From Pseudomonas aeruginosa (GTDB taxonomy: Bacteria; Pseudomonadota; Gammaproteobacteria; Pseudomonadales; Pseudomonadaceae), in contig NZ_LN831024.1 in NCBI RefSeq assembly GCF_001457615.1, positions 3,630,001 to 3,662,000 on the forward strand: DNA of 32,000 nucleotides, written 5' to 3'. The translations under genes and the position numbers were made by a program. Below are positions 9,607 through 19,068 of this stretch, piece by piece; the stretch's first letter is position 1; every line of letters begins with the position of its first letter. The notes below the pieces were generated by a model. It ran no database searches. It worked only from the letters and a program-made list of their open reading frames with translations, and had not been told where the DNA came from.

Positions 9607-11664
9607 ATGCTTATCAGCAGCTACAACCAGGTTCTTGTCGCCTTTTCCCTGATTGTGGCCATCCTGGCGTCCTACACCGCTCTCGACATGGCCGGCCGGG
9701 TGACCCTGGCGAAAGGCCGCGAGGCGCTCTCCTGGCTGATCGGCGGCGCTTTCGCCATGGGCTTCGGCATCTGGTCGATGCATTTCGTCGGCATGCTCGC
9801 CTTCAGCCTGCCGATCCCGCTCGGCTACGACCTGGGCCTGACCCTGCTGTCGCTGCTACTGGCCGTCGGCAGTTCGGCCTTCGCCCTCTGGCTGGTGTGC
9901 CAGGCGGAACTCCCCTGGCAACGCCTGGCGCTGGGCGCGCTGCTGATGGGCAGCGGCATCGCCGCCATGCACTACACCGGGATGGCCGCCCTGCTGATGA
10001 TGCCGGGGATCGTCTACGACCCGCTGTGGCTCGGCCTCTCCATCCTGATCGCGGTGATCGCCTCCGGCGCCGCGCTGTGGATCGCCTTCCGCCTGCGCCA
10101 TGGCAGCCGGCGCATCGTCCTGGTCCGCGCCGGCGCCGCCCTGGTGATGGGCTGCGCCATCGTCGGCATGCACTACACCGGGATGGCCGCCGCGCAGTTC
10201 CCCCTGGGCAGCTTCTGCGGCGCCGCCGGCCGAGGCATCGACAACGGCTGGCTGGCGGTGCTGGTCATCGTGATCACCCTGGCGGTGATCGCCATCGCCC
10301 TGATCGTCTCGGTGCTGGACTCGCGCCTCGAGGCACGTACCTCGGTGCTCGCCACCTCCCTCGCACGAGCCAACCGCGAGCTGATCCAGTTGGCCCTGCA
10401 CGACAACCTGACCAAGCTGCCCAACCGCATGCTCCTCGACGACCGCCTGGAGCAGGCGATCCAGCAGGCGATCCGCGACGATCGCCGGTTCGCCGTGCTG
10501 TTCATGGACCTGGACGGCTTCAAGGCGGTCAACGATGCCTACGGCCATCACCTCGGCGACCTGTTGCTGATCGAAGTCGCCGAGCGTATCCGCGCCAACG
10601 TCCGCGCCCAGGACACCATCGCCCGCCTCGGCGGCGACGAGTTCGTCCTGCTGATCGAGGCCCGAGAGCCCGCCGACGCCGCGACCCTGGCCGAGAAGCT
10701 GGTGAAGCGGATCAGCCAGCCGTACCAGATATCCCGCCACGAGGTGCGGATCTCGGCGAGCATCGGCATCGCGCTCTACCCCGGCGACGGGCAGACCCGC
10801 CACGAACTGATGATCAATGCCGACGCGGCGATGTATCACGCCAAGGACCAGGGACGGAACGGCTACTGCTTCTTCGAGAGTTCGATGAACGCCAACGCCC
10901 AGGAACAGTTGCAACTGCTCCATGACCTGCGCCAGGCCCTGGAGCGCCGGCAACTGGTCTTGCACTACCAACCCAAGGTACTGGCGCCGAACGGACCGAT
11001 GGTCGGCGTGGAAGCGCTGCTGCGCTGGGAGCATCCGCAACACGGACTGATCCCCCCCGACCAGTTCCTGCCGCTGGCGGAAAAAACCGGCCTGATCGTG
11101 CAGATCGGCGAGTGGGTGCTCGACGAAGCCTGCCGGCAGATGCGCCTCTGGCTGGACGGCGGGCATGCGGAGTGGAACATCGCGGTGAACCTTTCGGCCC
11201 TGCAGTTCGCCCATGCCGGCCTGGTCGACTCGGTGCGCAACGCACTCCTGCGCCACAGCCTGGAGCCCAGCCACCTGATCCTCGAGGTGACCGAATCGAC
11301 CGCCATGCGCGATGCCGATGCCAGCCTGGTGATCCTCGAGCAGTTGTCGGCGATGGGCGTCGGCATCTCCATCGACGACTTCGGCACCGGCTACTCCAGC
11401 CTGCTCTATCTCAAGCGCCTGCCGGCGAGCGAACTGAAGATCGACCGTGGCTTCATCAACGAGCTGGCCCACGACAGCGACGACGCCGCAATCGTCTCGG
11501 CGATCGTCGCCCTCGGCCGCACGCTGAACCTGAAGATCGTCGCCGAGGGCGTGGAAACCGAGGCCCAGCAGGAGTTCCTGACCCGCCTCGGCTGCAATTC
11601 GCTGCAAGGCTTCCTGCTCGGCAGGCCGATGCCGGCCGAGCAGTTGCTCGCCAGCGTCGCCTGA
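9607..11664 (+). CDS. mucR: MHYT-GGDEF-EAL membrane diguanylate cyclase/phosphodiesterase, 685 aa
   Basis: N-terminal MHYT repeats (GIWSMHFVGM, AAMHYTGMAA, VGMHYTGMAA), RLGGDEFVLL, and EAL domain (VGVEALLRWEHPQHG, DDFGTGYSSLLYL). Start chosen at MLISSYNQVLV, giving the 685-aa form. Confidence 0.95.
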   Translation: MLISSYNQVLVAFSLIVAILASYTALDMAGRVTLAKGREALSWLIGGAFAMGFGIWSMHFVGMLAFSLPIPLGYDLGLTLLSLLLAVGSSAFALWLVCQAELPWQRLALGALLMGSGIAAMHYTGMAALLMMPGIVYDPLWLGLSILIAVIASGAALWIAFRLRHGSRRIVLVRAGAALVMGCAIVGMHYTGMAAAQFPLGSFCGAAGRGIDNGWLAVLVIVITLAVIAIALIVSVLDSRLEARTSVLATSLARANRELIQLALHDNLTKLPNRMLLDDRLEQAIQQAIRDDRRFAVLFMDLDGFKAVNDAYGHHLGDLLLIEVAERIRANVRAQDTIARLGGDEFVLLIEAREPADAATLAEKLVKRISQPYQISRHEVRISASIGIALYPGDGQTRHELMINADAAMYHAKDQGRNGYCFFESSMNANAQEQLQLLHDLRQALERRQLVLHYQPKVLAPNGPMVGVEALLRWEHPQHGLIPPDQFLPLAEKTGLIVQIGEWVLDEACRQMRLWLDGGHAEWNIAVNLSALQFAHAGLVDSVRNALLRHSLEPSHLILEVTESTAMRDADASLVILEQLSAMGVGISIDDFGTGYSSLLYLKRLPASELKIDRGFINELAHDSDDAAIVSAIVALGRTLNLKIVAEGVETEAQQEFLTRLGCNSLQGFLLGRPMPAEQLLASVA

Positions 11665-11680
11665 GCGCCGCCAGCGGCGC
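11665..11680. terminator. possible mucR 3' hairpin
   Basis: GCGCCG-CCAG-CGGCGC immediately after the mucR stop; no U tract. Confidence 0.4.
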
Positions 11681-11755
11681 GCCACGGGACCTGTCAGAAC
11701 CGGCAGATTCGCCCATCGCCGTCTCGTTGACTTCCGCCCGCGCTGCGAACACCTT

Positions 11756-11788
11756 ATGTCGCGCCCGCCGGGCGGCATGCCGCGACAT
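11756..11788. repeat. inverted repeat between mucR and bglX
   Basis: ATGTCGCG (11756-11763) and CGCGACAT (11781-11788) with a 17-nt GC-rich spacer. Confidence 0.6.
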
Positions 11789-11834
11789 GTCACGCCGCCA
11801 CGACGAGCGTCTATCCAATAACGAGAAAACATGC

Positions 11835-14129
11835 ATGAACAGGCTGTGTGTACTGGGGCTTCTCATCGGGCTGAGCGGGAGCCCGGCACTGGCGGCTGGC
11901 CAGGGCGAATCCGGCAATCCACCGGCTACCGACAAGGAGCGTTTCATCGCCAGCCTGATGGCTCGCATGAGCAACGCGGAAAAGATCGGCCAGCTACGCC
12001 TGGTCAGCGTCGGCGCCGACCATCCCAAGGAAGCGCTGATGGCGGACATCCGCGCCGGCAAGGTCGGCGCCATCTTCAATACCGTGACCCGCCCGGACAT
12101 TCGCGCCATGCAGGATCAGGTCCGCCATAGCCGCCTGAAGATCCCGCTGTTCCATGCCTACGACGTGGCCCACGGCCACCGCACCATCTTCCCCATCAGC
12201 CTCGGCCTGGCCGCCAGCTGGGACCCCGAGGTGGTCGCCCGCAGCGCGCGGATCTCCGCCCTCGAAGCCAGCGCCGACGGGCTCGACATGAGCTTCTCGC
12301 CGATGGTCGACATCACCCGCGACGCGCGCTGGGGGCGGGTCTCGGAAGGCTTCGGCGAAGACACCTACCTGACCTCGCTGCTGTCCGGCGTGATGGTCCG
12401 TGCCTACCAGGGCTCCAACCTGGCCGCCCCGGACAGCATCATGGCGGCGGTCAAGCACTTCGCCCTGTACGGCGCGGCCGAAGGCGGCCGCGACTACAAC
12501 ACCGTGGACATGAGCCTGCCGCGCATGTTCCAGGACTACCTGCCGCCCTACAAGGCCGCGGTGGACGCCGGCGCCGGCGCGGTGATGGTCTCGCTGAACA
12601 CCATCAACGGCGTGCCCGCCACCGCCAACCGCTGGCTGCTGACCGACCTGTTGCGCCAGCAGTGGGGCTTCAAGGGGCTGACCATCAGTGACCACGGCGC
12701 GGTGAAGGAACTGATCAAGCACGGCCTCGCCGGCAACGAGCGGGACGCCACGCGCCTGGCGATCCAGGCCGGTGTCGACATGAACATGAACGACGATCTC
12801 TACTCGACCTGGCTACCGAAGCTGCTGGCGGCCGGCGAGATCGACCAGGCCGACATCGATCGCGCCTGCCGCGACGTGCTGGCGGCGAAGTACGACCTCG
12901 GCCTGTTCGCCGATCCCTACCGGCGCCTGGGCAAGCCGGACGACCCGCCGTTCGACACCAACGCCGAGAGCCGCCTGCACCGCCAGGCCGCCCGCGAGGT
13001 AGCTCGCGAAGGACTGGTCCTGCTGAAGAACCGCGACGGTCTGCTGCCGCTGAAGAAACAGGGGCGGATCGCCGTGATCGGCCCCCTGGCCAAGAGCCAG
13101 CGCGACGTCATCGGCAGTTGGTCGGCAGCCGGCGTGCCACGCCAGGCGGTAACCGTCTACCAGGGCCTGGCCAATGCCGTCGGCGAGCGTGCCACCCTGC
13201 TCTACGCCAAGGGTGCCAACGTCAGTGGCGACCAGGCGATCCTCGACTACCTGAACAGCTACAACCCGGAAGTCGAGGTCGATCCGCGCTCCGCCGAGGC
13301 GATGCTCGAGGAGGCCTTGCGCACCGCGCGCGACGCCGACCTGGTGGTCGCCGTGGTCGGCGAATCGCAGGGCATGGCCCACGAGGCCTCCAGTCGCACC
13401 GACCTGCGCATCCCGGCCAGCCAGCGGCGGCTGCTGAAGGCACTGAAGGCCACCGGCAAGCCGCTGGTGCTGGTGCTGATGAACGGCCGACCGCTGTCGC
13501 TGGGCTGGGAGCAGGAAAACGCCGATGCGATCCTGGAAACCTGGTTCAGTGGCACCGAAGGCGGCAATGCCATCGCCGACGTGCTGTTCGGCGAGCACAA
13601 CCCCAGCGGCAAGCTGACCATGTCCTTCCCGCGCTCGGTGGGCCAGGTACCGGTCTACTACAACCACCTGAACACCGGCCGGCCGATGGACCACGACAAC
13701 CCCGGCAAATACACCTCGCGCTATTTCGACGAAGCCAACGGCCCGCTCTACCCGTTCGGCTACGGCCTCAGCTACACCGAGTTCAGTCTCTCGCCCCTGC
13801 GCCTGTCCAGCGAACGGCTGGCCCGCGGCGCTACCCTGGAAGCGCGGGTCACGCTCAGCAACAGCGGCAAGCGCGCCGGCGCCACGGTGGTCCAGCTTTA
13901 TCTGCAGGACCCGGTCGCCAGCCTCAGCCGTCCGGTGAAGGAACTGCGCGGGTTCCGCAAGGTGATGCTGGAGCCCGGCGAATCGCGGGAGATCGTCTTC
14001 CGCCTCGGCGAGGCAGACCTGAAGTTCTACGACAGCCAGCTCAGGCACACGGCCGAGCCGGGCGAGTTCAAGGTCTTCGTCGGCCTGGATTCGGCGCAAA
14101 CCGAAAGCCGCAGCTTCACCCTGCTCTGA
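11835..14129 (+). CDS. bglX: periplasmic beta-glucosidase, GH3 family, 764 aa
   Basis: Signal peptide MNRLCVLGLLIGLSGSPALAA; GH3 core including GLTISDHGAVKELIKHGLA and C-terminal fibronectin III-like domain. Confidence 0.95.
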   Translation: MNRLCVLGLLIGLSGSPALAAGQGESGNPPATDKERFIASLMARMSNAEKIGQLRLVSVGADHPKEALMADIRAGKVGAIFNTVTRPDIRAMQDQVRHSRLKIPLFHAYDVAHGHRTIFPISLGLAASWDPEVVARSARISALEASADGLDMSFSPMVDITRDARWGRVSEGFGEDTYLTSLLSGVMVRAYQGSNLAAPDSIMAAVKHFALYGAAEGGRDYNTVDMSLPRMFQDYLPPYKAAVDAGAGAVMVSLNTINGVPATANRWLLTDLLRQQWGFKGLTISDHGAVKELIKHGLAGNERDATRLAIQAGVDMNMNDDLYSTWLPKLLAAGEIDQADIDRACRDVLAAKYDLGLFADPYRRLGKPDDPPFDTNAESRLHRQAAREVAREGLVLLKNRDGLLPLKKQGRIAVIGPLAKSQRDVIGSWSAAGVPRQAVTVYQGLANAVGERATLLYAKGANVSGDQAILDYLNSYNPEVEVDPRSAEAMLEEALRTARDADLVVAVVGESQGMAHEASSRTDLRIPASQRRLLKALKATGKPLVLVLMNGRPLSLGWEQENADAILETWFSGTEGGNAIADVLFGEHNPSGKLTMSFPRSVGQVPVYYNHLNTGRPMDHDNPGKYTSRYFDEANGPLYPFGYGLSYTEFSLSPLRLSSERLARGATLEARVTLSNSGKRAGATVVQLYLQDPVASLSRPVKELRGFRKVMLEPGESREIVFRLGEADLKFYDSQLRHTAEPGEFKVFVGLDSAQTESRSFTLL

Positions 14130-14231
14130 AGGCGCCGACCGCACCGCCAGCGTCGCCGCCGCGGGCGAACGGCAGCGTCTCAGCCCTCGGCCCGGAGCCA
14201 ACGCCCGGGCCGGGGGCGGCGCCTGGTTCCC

Positions 14232-14876
14232 TCAACCGGCGTCCCCTTCCTCCTCGCCGCTCCGCGCCACGCTCTCCGTCAATGCGGCCTGCAACGCCGC
14301 CAACTGGCTGTCGAGCGAAGCGTCGATGATCCCGATCTCGGTTTCCAGGATGCAACCGCCCTGGTCCAGCCGGGCATCGCCGACCACTTCCAGGTAGCCC
14401 ACCTCGGGGAAATCCTTGAGCACCCGGGCGACCTGCTCGCGCACCGCGGCCAGTTGTTCCGGCTGGACGTGCAGGATCACCTGCTTCTGGTTGCTCACCA
14501 ATGCCAGTGCCTCGCGCGTGGCCGCCAGGGTCAGCTCGACAGCGTCGTAGTGGCGCAACACCTTGCGCACCGCCTGCAGCACCACCTCGCCAAGCTGGCG
14601 ATCGACCTGCCGGTAGTAGCGATTGCAGCGCAGTAGCGTTTCCTGGATCAGCCCGGCCTGGCGCAGACGCGCCTCCTCCAGTCCGGCCTCCCAGCCCAGG
14701 CGCTTCTGCTCCTGGTAAACCTCGTGGGCCTCGCGCTCGATTTCGGCGGCACGCTCGCGGGCCGCTTCCACCAGGCGGTTGGCGCTGAGGTAGTCCTGGT
14801 AGTCGCGGGCGCGCAACAGGGCCTGCCCGGGGGCCAGCCGTACGCGACTGGCGTCTAGTTCAACAAATGGAAGCAT
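14232..14876 (-). CDS. pscL: T3SS stator protein PscL (YscL/SctL family), 214 aa
   Basis: MLPFVELDASRVRLAPGQALLRARDYQDYLSANRLVEAARERAAEIEREAHE...; SctL coiled-coil features and position. Confidence 0.95.
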   Translation of the reverse strand: MLPFVELDASRVRLAPGQALLRARDYQDYLSANRLVEAARERAAEIEREAHEVYQEQKRLGWEAGLEEARLRQAGLIQETLLRCNRYYRQVDRQLGEVVLQAVRKVLRHYDAVELTLAATREALALVSNQKQVILHVQPEQLAAVREQVARVLKDFPEVGYLEVVGDARLDQGGCILETEIGIIDASLDSQLAALQAALTESVARSGEEEGDAG

Positions 14877-15475
14877 TCATCGCTCGCTTGTCGGGCGACC
14901 TTCAGGCACAGGGTCCGCGCCAGGGATCGCCGTTGTTCGTCGAAGGTCCAGTCCGCCGGGGCCGGCATGGCCTCCAGGCGCAGGCGCAGGCGCCGCGAGA
15001 AACCGCAGTCGGCATCGCTACAGGCGGCCAGCCAGAAAGCCAGGCCGCAGCGCCGGAAATAGCCTTCTTCCGGGTTTTCCGGCAAGGCCCGCTGCCAGCC
15101 GGGCGGCCAGCGACCGATGAGCAGGTCGAGCTGCTCCAGGCAGAAACGCTGGCCCTGTTCGCCGATCTGCGCGCGTATGCGCCGTACCCGCGCACCGTCC
15201 AGCACCTGCCGCAAGGCCTGGCCGTGCAGCAGCGCGCCGAGCCAGCCCAGGGTCCGTTCCAGCGCCGCCTGCGGGTAAAGGGCCAGCCCGCCCAGTTGCG
15301 CGGGCATGCGGAACGCGCAGTCCAATTCCAGTTGCTCCAGCAGCCAGGCGTTGAGAACGCTCTGTCGCCGCCAGTCCGGCAGCGCCGGCAGCAACCGCAG
15401 CAATACCGCGGGCAGGTGCGACTCGTGGATGTAGCGGGCCGGGCAGAAGCGCAACTGGTAGGCCGTCAATGGCAT
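14855..15475 (-). CDS. pscK: T3SS sorting-platform protein PscK (SctK), about 206 aa
   Basis: MPLTAYQLRFCPARYIHESHLP...; position between pscJ and pscL. Exact start uncertain by a few residues. Confidence 0.92.
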   Translation of the reverse strand: MPLTAYQLRFCPARYIHESHLPAVLLRLLPALPDWRRQSVLNAWLLEQLELDCAFRMPAQLGGLALYPQAALERTLGWLGALLHGQALRQVLDGARVRRIRAQIGEQGQRFCLEQLDLLIGRWPPGWQRALPENPEEGYFRRCGLAFWLAACSDADCGFSRRLRLRLEAMPAPADWTFDEQRRSLARTLCLKVARQASDECFHLLN

Positions 15476-15483
15476 CGCGCCGC

Positions 15484-16230
15484 TCAGCCCCGTTGCCGGT
15501 GCCAGAAGAACTGCGCCAGGTTGCTCGCCAGCAGCAACGCCAGCAGCAGGCCGAACAGGCCGAGCAGGCGTCCGCGCGAGTGCTCCGCCACCTGGATCGA
15601 GAAGACACTCTCGAAGCGTGGCGCCAGCGGGACCTGGCGGACCCCGGCCGACGGCACCAGCACCACGCTGATGCGGTCGTAGCTGAGTCCTTCGATGCCG
15701 TTGTTCACCAGTTGCTTGATCTGCGGCACGTAGGCATCCAGTTGCACGTCGGCGGCGTGCTTGATGAACACCGAGGCCGATGCCGGCGAGGACTTCCTGC
15801 CCAGTCCGTCGCGCTCCTCTGGCAGCACCACATGGACCCGCGCCACCAGCACGCCATCGATCTCGGAAAGGGTATGGGAAATCTCCTGGGCCTTGGCGTA
15901 GTTGAGCCGCGCGCGCTCTTCGATGGGCGAGGAAATCAGCCCGTCCTTGGGAAACACATCCTTCAGCGTGGAGAAGTTCTCCCGCGGATAGCCCTTGCGC
16001 TTGAGCACCTCCACCGCCTCGGCGATATCCGATTCCTCCACCAGCAGGCGCACGGTGCCATCCTTGTCCGCCTGCTTGTCCGCGGAAACGCCCTCCGAAC
16101 GCAACAGCGCCAGCATCTCGTTACCTTCCTTCTGGCTGATCCCGGTATAGAGTTCGACCTTGCACCCGCCCAACGCCAGGACCAGCGCCAGGAGCGCCAT
16201 GCGCGACAGACCTTTCACCGTTCGCCTCAT
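15484..16230 (-). CDS. pscJ: T3SS inner-ring lipoprotein PscJ (SctJ), 248 aa
   Basis: [43 protein letters not shown], lipobox and FliF/SctJ domain, C-terminal TM. Confidence 0.97.
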   Translation of the reverse strand: MRRTVKGLSRMALLALVLALGGCKVELYTGISQKEGNEMLALLRSEGVSADKQADKDGTVRLLVEESDIAEAVEVLKRKGYPRENFSTLKDVFPKDGLISSPIEERARLNYAKAQEISHTLSEIDGVLVARVHVVLPEERDGLGRKSSPASASVFIKHAADVQLDAYVPQIKQLVNNGIEGLSYDRISVVLVPSAGVRQVPLAPRFESVFSIQVAEHSRGRLLGLFGLLLALLLASNLAQFFWHRQRG

Positions 16231-16565
16231 TGGGTCTTCATCAGGGTTTCGACGTTCTGGCTCATGCGCCCGACGGTCTTGGCGATCAGCTCTTCCTGCA
16301 TGGTGATGCGCATCAGCGACCACTGCATCTGCATCAGGCTGTTGGGATCGTCGCCGGGCGTCGACAGCTCCACCTGCAACTCCTGCTTGGCCTGGCTGAA
16401 ACGCTCCCTGATCTGCCCCAGTTCGCTGAGCAGGTCGCCGCCCAGGCTGCCGGCACCGCCCATCGCCCGTTCGAACTCGGCGACGTGGGCCGCGCCGGCC
16501 GGGCCGCCGGAGAGTTCTTCGAGACTGGTGATCTGCGCCTGGGCGCCCATCCGAGAGATATCCAT
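16227..16565 (-). CDS. pscI: T3SS inner-rod protein PscI (SctI), 112 aa
   Basis: [21 protein letters not shown]...[28 protein letters not shown]. Confidence 0.95.
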   Translation of the reverse strand: MDISRMGAQAQITSLEELSGGPAGAAHVAEFERAMGGAGSLGGDLLSELGQIRERFSQAKQELQVELSTPGDDPNSLMQMQWSLMRITMQEELIAKTVGRMSQNVETLMKTQ

Positions 16566-16996
16566 CATGACTCCAGGTCGAGTTTGTGGCTGTTGCGCAC
16601 GAGGTTGTCGAGCATGCCGTTGAGCGGGATCAGCACCTGCAATTCGCGACGCGCCAGTTGCGCCAGGTATTCGCCGCCCGGCGCATGCTCGACTGCACCG
16701 AGCAACTGGAGGAGAAAGGTTTGCTGCTGGCGTCCCAGCGGCAGTTCCGCACGGAGCATCGCCTTCAGCTCCAGGCGGTCCGCCTCCAACCCTTGCAGCG
16801 GCTGGGCAAAGCGCTGCAGCAGGCGCTCGCCGAGAGCGCCGTTCTCCAACCCGGCCAGGCGGCGTCCGGCCGCCTGCGGCTCGCCGCCGAGGGCCTGCTC
16901 GAAAGCCAGCACCTGATCGACAGCCGGCAGGTTCGCCGCCTTTGGACTGGCCGACGGATAGACGGCGAATCCCGGCGGCGTGTCGATGCGGCTCAT
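16565..16996 (-). CDS. pscH: T3SS protein PscH (YopR-like), 143 aa
   Basis: [38 protein letters not shown]...; position between pscG and pscI. Confidence 0.93.
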   Translation of the reverse strand: MSRIDTPPGFAVYPSASPKAANLPAVDQVLAFEQALGGEPQAAGRRLAGLENGALGERLLQRFAQPLQGLEADRLELKAMLRAELPLGRQQQTFLLQLLGAVEHAPGGEYLAQLARRELQVLIPLNGMLDNLVRNSHKLDLES

Positions 16997-17340
16997 GTCC
17001 GCACCTGGGCGCGCATGCCGGCGGCGAAGTCGGCCAGGGCAGGATCGCTGCTGCCGCCCAGCCCGGCCAGCCTGCGGTCCAGCGCGGCGCCCAGCCCCAG
17101 GTGCCACTCGCACAAGGCGAACCAGGGCTCCAGCGCCGGCCAGGGATTGCCATGGGCGAAGGCCAGGGCTTCCTGATAGCGCCCCTGGTTGGCCAGGCTG
17201 GAAATCCGGATCAGCCGCGCCGCTTCGTCCTGTCCGAGGCGCTCCAGCCACTCGGCGATGCACAGCGCCTCTTCGTGGCAGTGCTGCCCGCTGCCGGCCA
17301 GCGCCAGTTCCGCCAATTCGCGTATCAGTGAAGTGTCCAT
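16993..17340 (-). CDS. pscG: T3SS needle co-chaperone PscG, 115 aa
   Basis: MDTSLIRELAELALAGSGQHCHEEALCIAEWLERLGQ..., TPR-like chaperone adjacent to pscF. Confidence 0.95.
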   Translation of the reverse strand: MDTSLIRELAELALAGSGQHCHEEALCIAEWLERLGQDEAARLIRISSLANQGRYQEALAFAHGNPWPALEPWFALCEWHLGLGAALDRRLAGLGGSSDPALADFAAGMRAQVRT

Positions 17341-17342
17341 GT

Positions 17343-17600
17343 TCAGATCTTCTGCAGGATGCCTTGCATCAGGTCGCGCAGCGCACGGGTCACCGTCGAG
17401 TTGATGTTGTAGATGACCGACCACTTGTTGATCTTGTGTTGCAGCTCGGCCAGCAGCGCCGGGTTGTCGGCATTGTCGGTCCCCTGCAAGGCCTTGATCG
17501 CGTCGTTGACGTCCTTGTTCGCTGCGTTGGCCTGCTCCTTCAGGGCATTGGCCACGGTATCGAGGGTATTCCCCGGGTTGGGGTTGAATATCTGCGCCAT
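17343..17600 (-). CDS. pscF: T3SS needle subunit PscF, 85 aa
   Basis: MAQIFNPNPGNTLDTVANALKEQANAANKDVNDAIKALQG... Confidence 0.98.
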   Translation of the reverse strand: MAQIFNPNPGNTLDTVANALKEQANAANKDVNDAIKALQGTDNADNPALLAELQHKINKWSVIYNINSTVTRALRDLMQGILQKI

Positions 17601-17602
17601 GC

Positions 17603-17806
17603 TTAGTCCTCTGTGAGCTGCGAAAGAATGCCGAGACCGCCTTCGAGGGCCCGGGCCTGCTGTTGCAGGAACTGGAAGTGCTCCGGGCAGGCGCCTCTGG
17701 CCAGTTCCCGGCGACACTCCGCCAGCGCCGCCTGCAGACGCTGCCGGAGCGCTGCGGCATGCGTGCCGTCAGCGACCGACAGTCGCGTTTCCAAGGCTGT
17801 CATCAT
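17603..17806 (-). CDS. pscE: T3SS needle co-chaperone PscE, 67 aa
   Basis: MMTALETRLSVADGTHAAALRQRLQAALAECRREL...; position beside pscF. Confidence 0.93.
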   Translation of the reverse strand: MMTALETRLSVADGTHAAALRQRLQAALAECRRELARGACPEHFQFLQQQARALEGGLGILSQLTED

Positions 17807-19067
17807 GGAGCACCTCCCCTTTGAGATTGATGATGAAACGCTGCTTGCCGCGGGCCACCAGGATCGACTCCGGCTCGATGGCGAGGATTCGCACACCGCG
17901 GGATGTCGAGGCGCCCACCGGGTATTTCTGGCCGTCGCCGAGCACTACATAGGGCACCCGCCCCAGCGACACCGAGCGAATCGTGAACTCCAGTTCGTCG
18001 CCGCTGGCGCGCTTGCCGCGACTGAGCAGCACCAGGCTCGGGCGGTTGCCGAATTCCTGCTGGAACTCGCGCTGCAGGCGGTAGAAGGCGCTGAGCTGGA
18101 CCTCGTCGAGCGTGCCGCTCAACTCGATGCGCTCGCCGCGCTCGCGGAAACTCAGTTGCCGGTCGAGGCCGGCGTCCGCCAGCAGGCGCTCGAGGCGGCG
18201 TAGGTGCGAGCCGGCCACCCGGACCTGGTTTTCCACCCCGAGCAGGCCCGGCACCTCGGACTCCAGCAATGCGTCGATCCGCGCCCAGCGTTCGTCCTGT
18301 TCCGCCAGTTCGCCGTTGAGCCGGACCCAGCCAGGCTTGTCCGCGTTGCTGCTGAGGATCTGCCGATAGCCGAATTTCTGCAGGATGAAATCCACGCCCT
18401 GGCGAATGTCTTCCATGCTCCGTGCTTCCAGTCGGTAGTCCACGCCGCTGCCATCGAGGTAGCGCTGTAGCGCCAGGCGCCGGGCGTTGTCCTCCAGGTA
18501 GCCGCCGAGCAGGAGACTGTCGCCCTGGCGCTGCACATCCACCTCGCTCATGCCCTGCTCGCGCAGGTAGGCGCGCACCTTCGCCAGGGGCTCCTCGCCG
18601 GCCATGCCGTGCTGGCGGGCCGACCAGGGTTCGACGAGCATGCCCAGCAGACACAGCGCCAGCGCCAGGCTGACGCCGAGCAGCCAGGCCCCGCCGGCAC
18701 GGGCGGACGACTTGCGGCGCACTGGCGCGGTCTGCACCTCGGCTTCGGGGAAACGCTCGGGAAAACTCCGCTGCGGGTCGCAGAATGCCCAGCGCAGCGG
18801 GCCGCAGGTCTGCCCGGCAAGCGCCTGCAGGATCGCTCCGGCGACTTGCGCCTGGCCGTCCTGGCGAGGCTCGCAGCCCTCCGCCCATTCCAGCAGGCGC
18901 ACGCCCTGGGCATCGACCTCGAGCACCAGGTGGACTGCCGCGATGCCCTCGTCGAGCAACACCAGGTCGGCCTGCAACGGATCGCTGCCAAGCGCCACCC
19001 GGCCCTCTCCGAGCGAGACTTCGGCGCCCTGGTTCAGCCCGCTGTAGAAGCGGATCTTCCAGGCCAT
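17769..19067 (-). CDS. pscD: T3SS inner-membrane ring protein PscD (SctD), 432 aa
   Basis: MAWKIRFYSGLNQGAEVSLGEGRVALGSDPLQADLVLLDEG, FHA-like N-terminus and one TM. Confidence 0.96.
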   Translation of the reverse strand: MAWKIRFYSGLNQGAEVSLGEGRVALGSDPLQADLVLLDEGIAAVHLVLEVDAQGVRLLEWAEGCEPRQDGQAQVAGAILQALAGQTCGPLRWAFCDPQRSFPERFPEAEVQTAPVRRKSSARAGGAWLLGVSLALALCLLGMLVEPWSARQHGMAGEEPLAKVRAYLREQGMSEVDVQRQGDSLLLGGYLEDNARRLALQRYLDGSGVDYRLEARSMEDIRQGVDFILQKFGYRQILSSNADKPGWVRLNGELAEQDERWARIDALLESEVPGLLGVENQVRVAGSHLRRLERLLADAGLDRQLSFRERGERIELSGTLDEVQLSAFYRLQREFQQEFGNRPSLVLLSRGKRASGDELEFTIRSVSLGRVPYVVLGDGQKYPVGASTSRGVRILAIEPESILVARGKQRFIINLKGEVLHDDSLGNATVGR

Positions 19068-19068
19068 G

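Noticed and set aside
9856-11832. 658-aa minus-strand ORF opposite mucR
   Set aside because: Antisense artefact of GC-rich codon usage; no recognisable domain, while mucR on the plus strand has clear MHYT, GGDEF and EAL domains.
11112-14129. 1005-aa ORF fused to bglX
   Set aside because: The extension overlaps mucR out of frame; a proper signal peptide start MNRLCVLGLLIGLSG exists at 11835.
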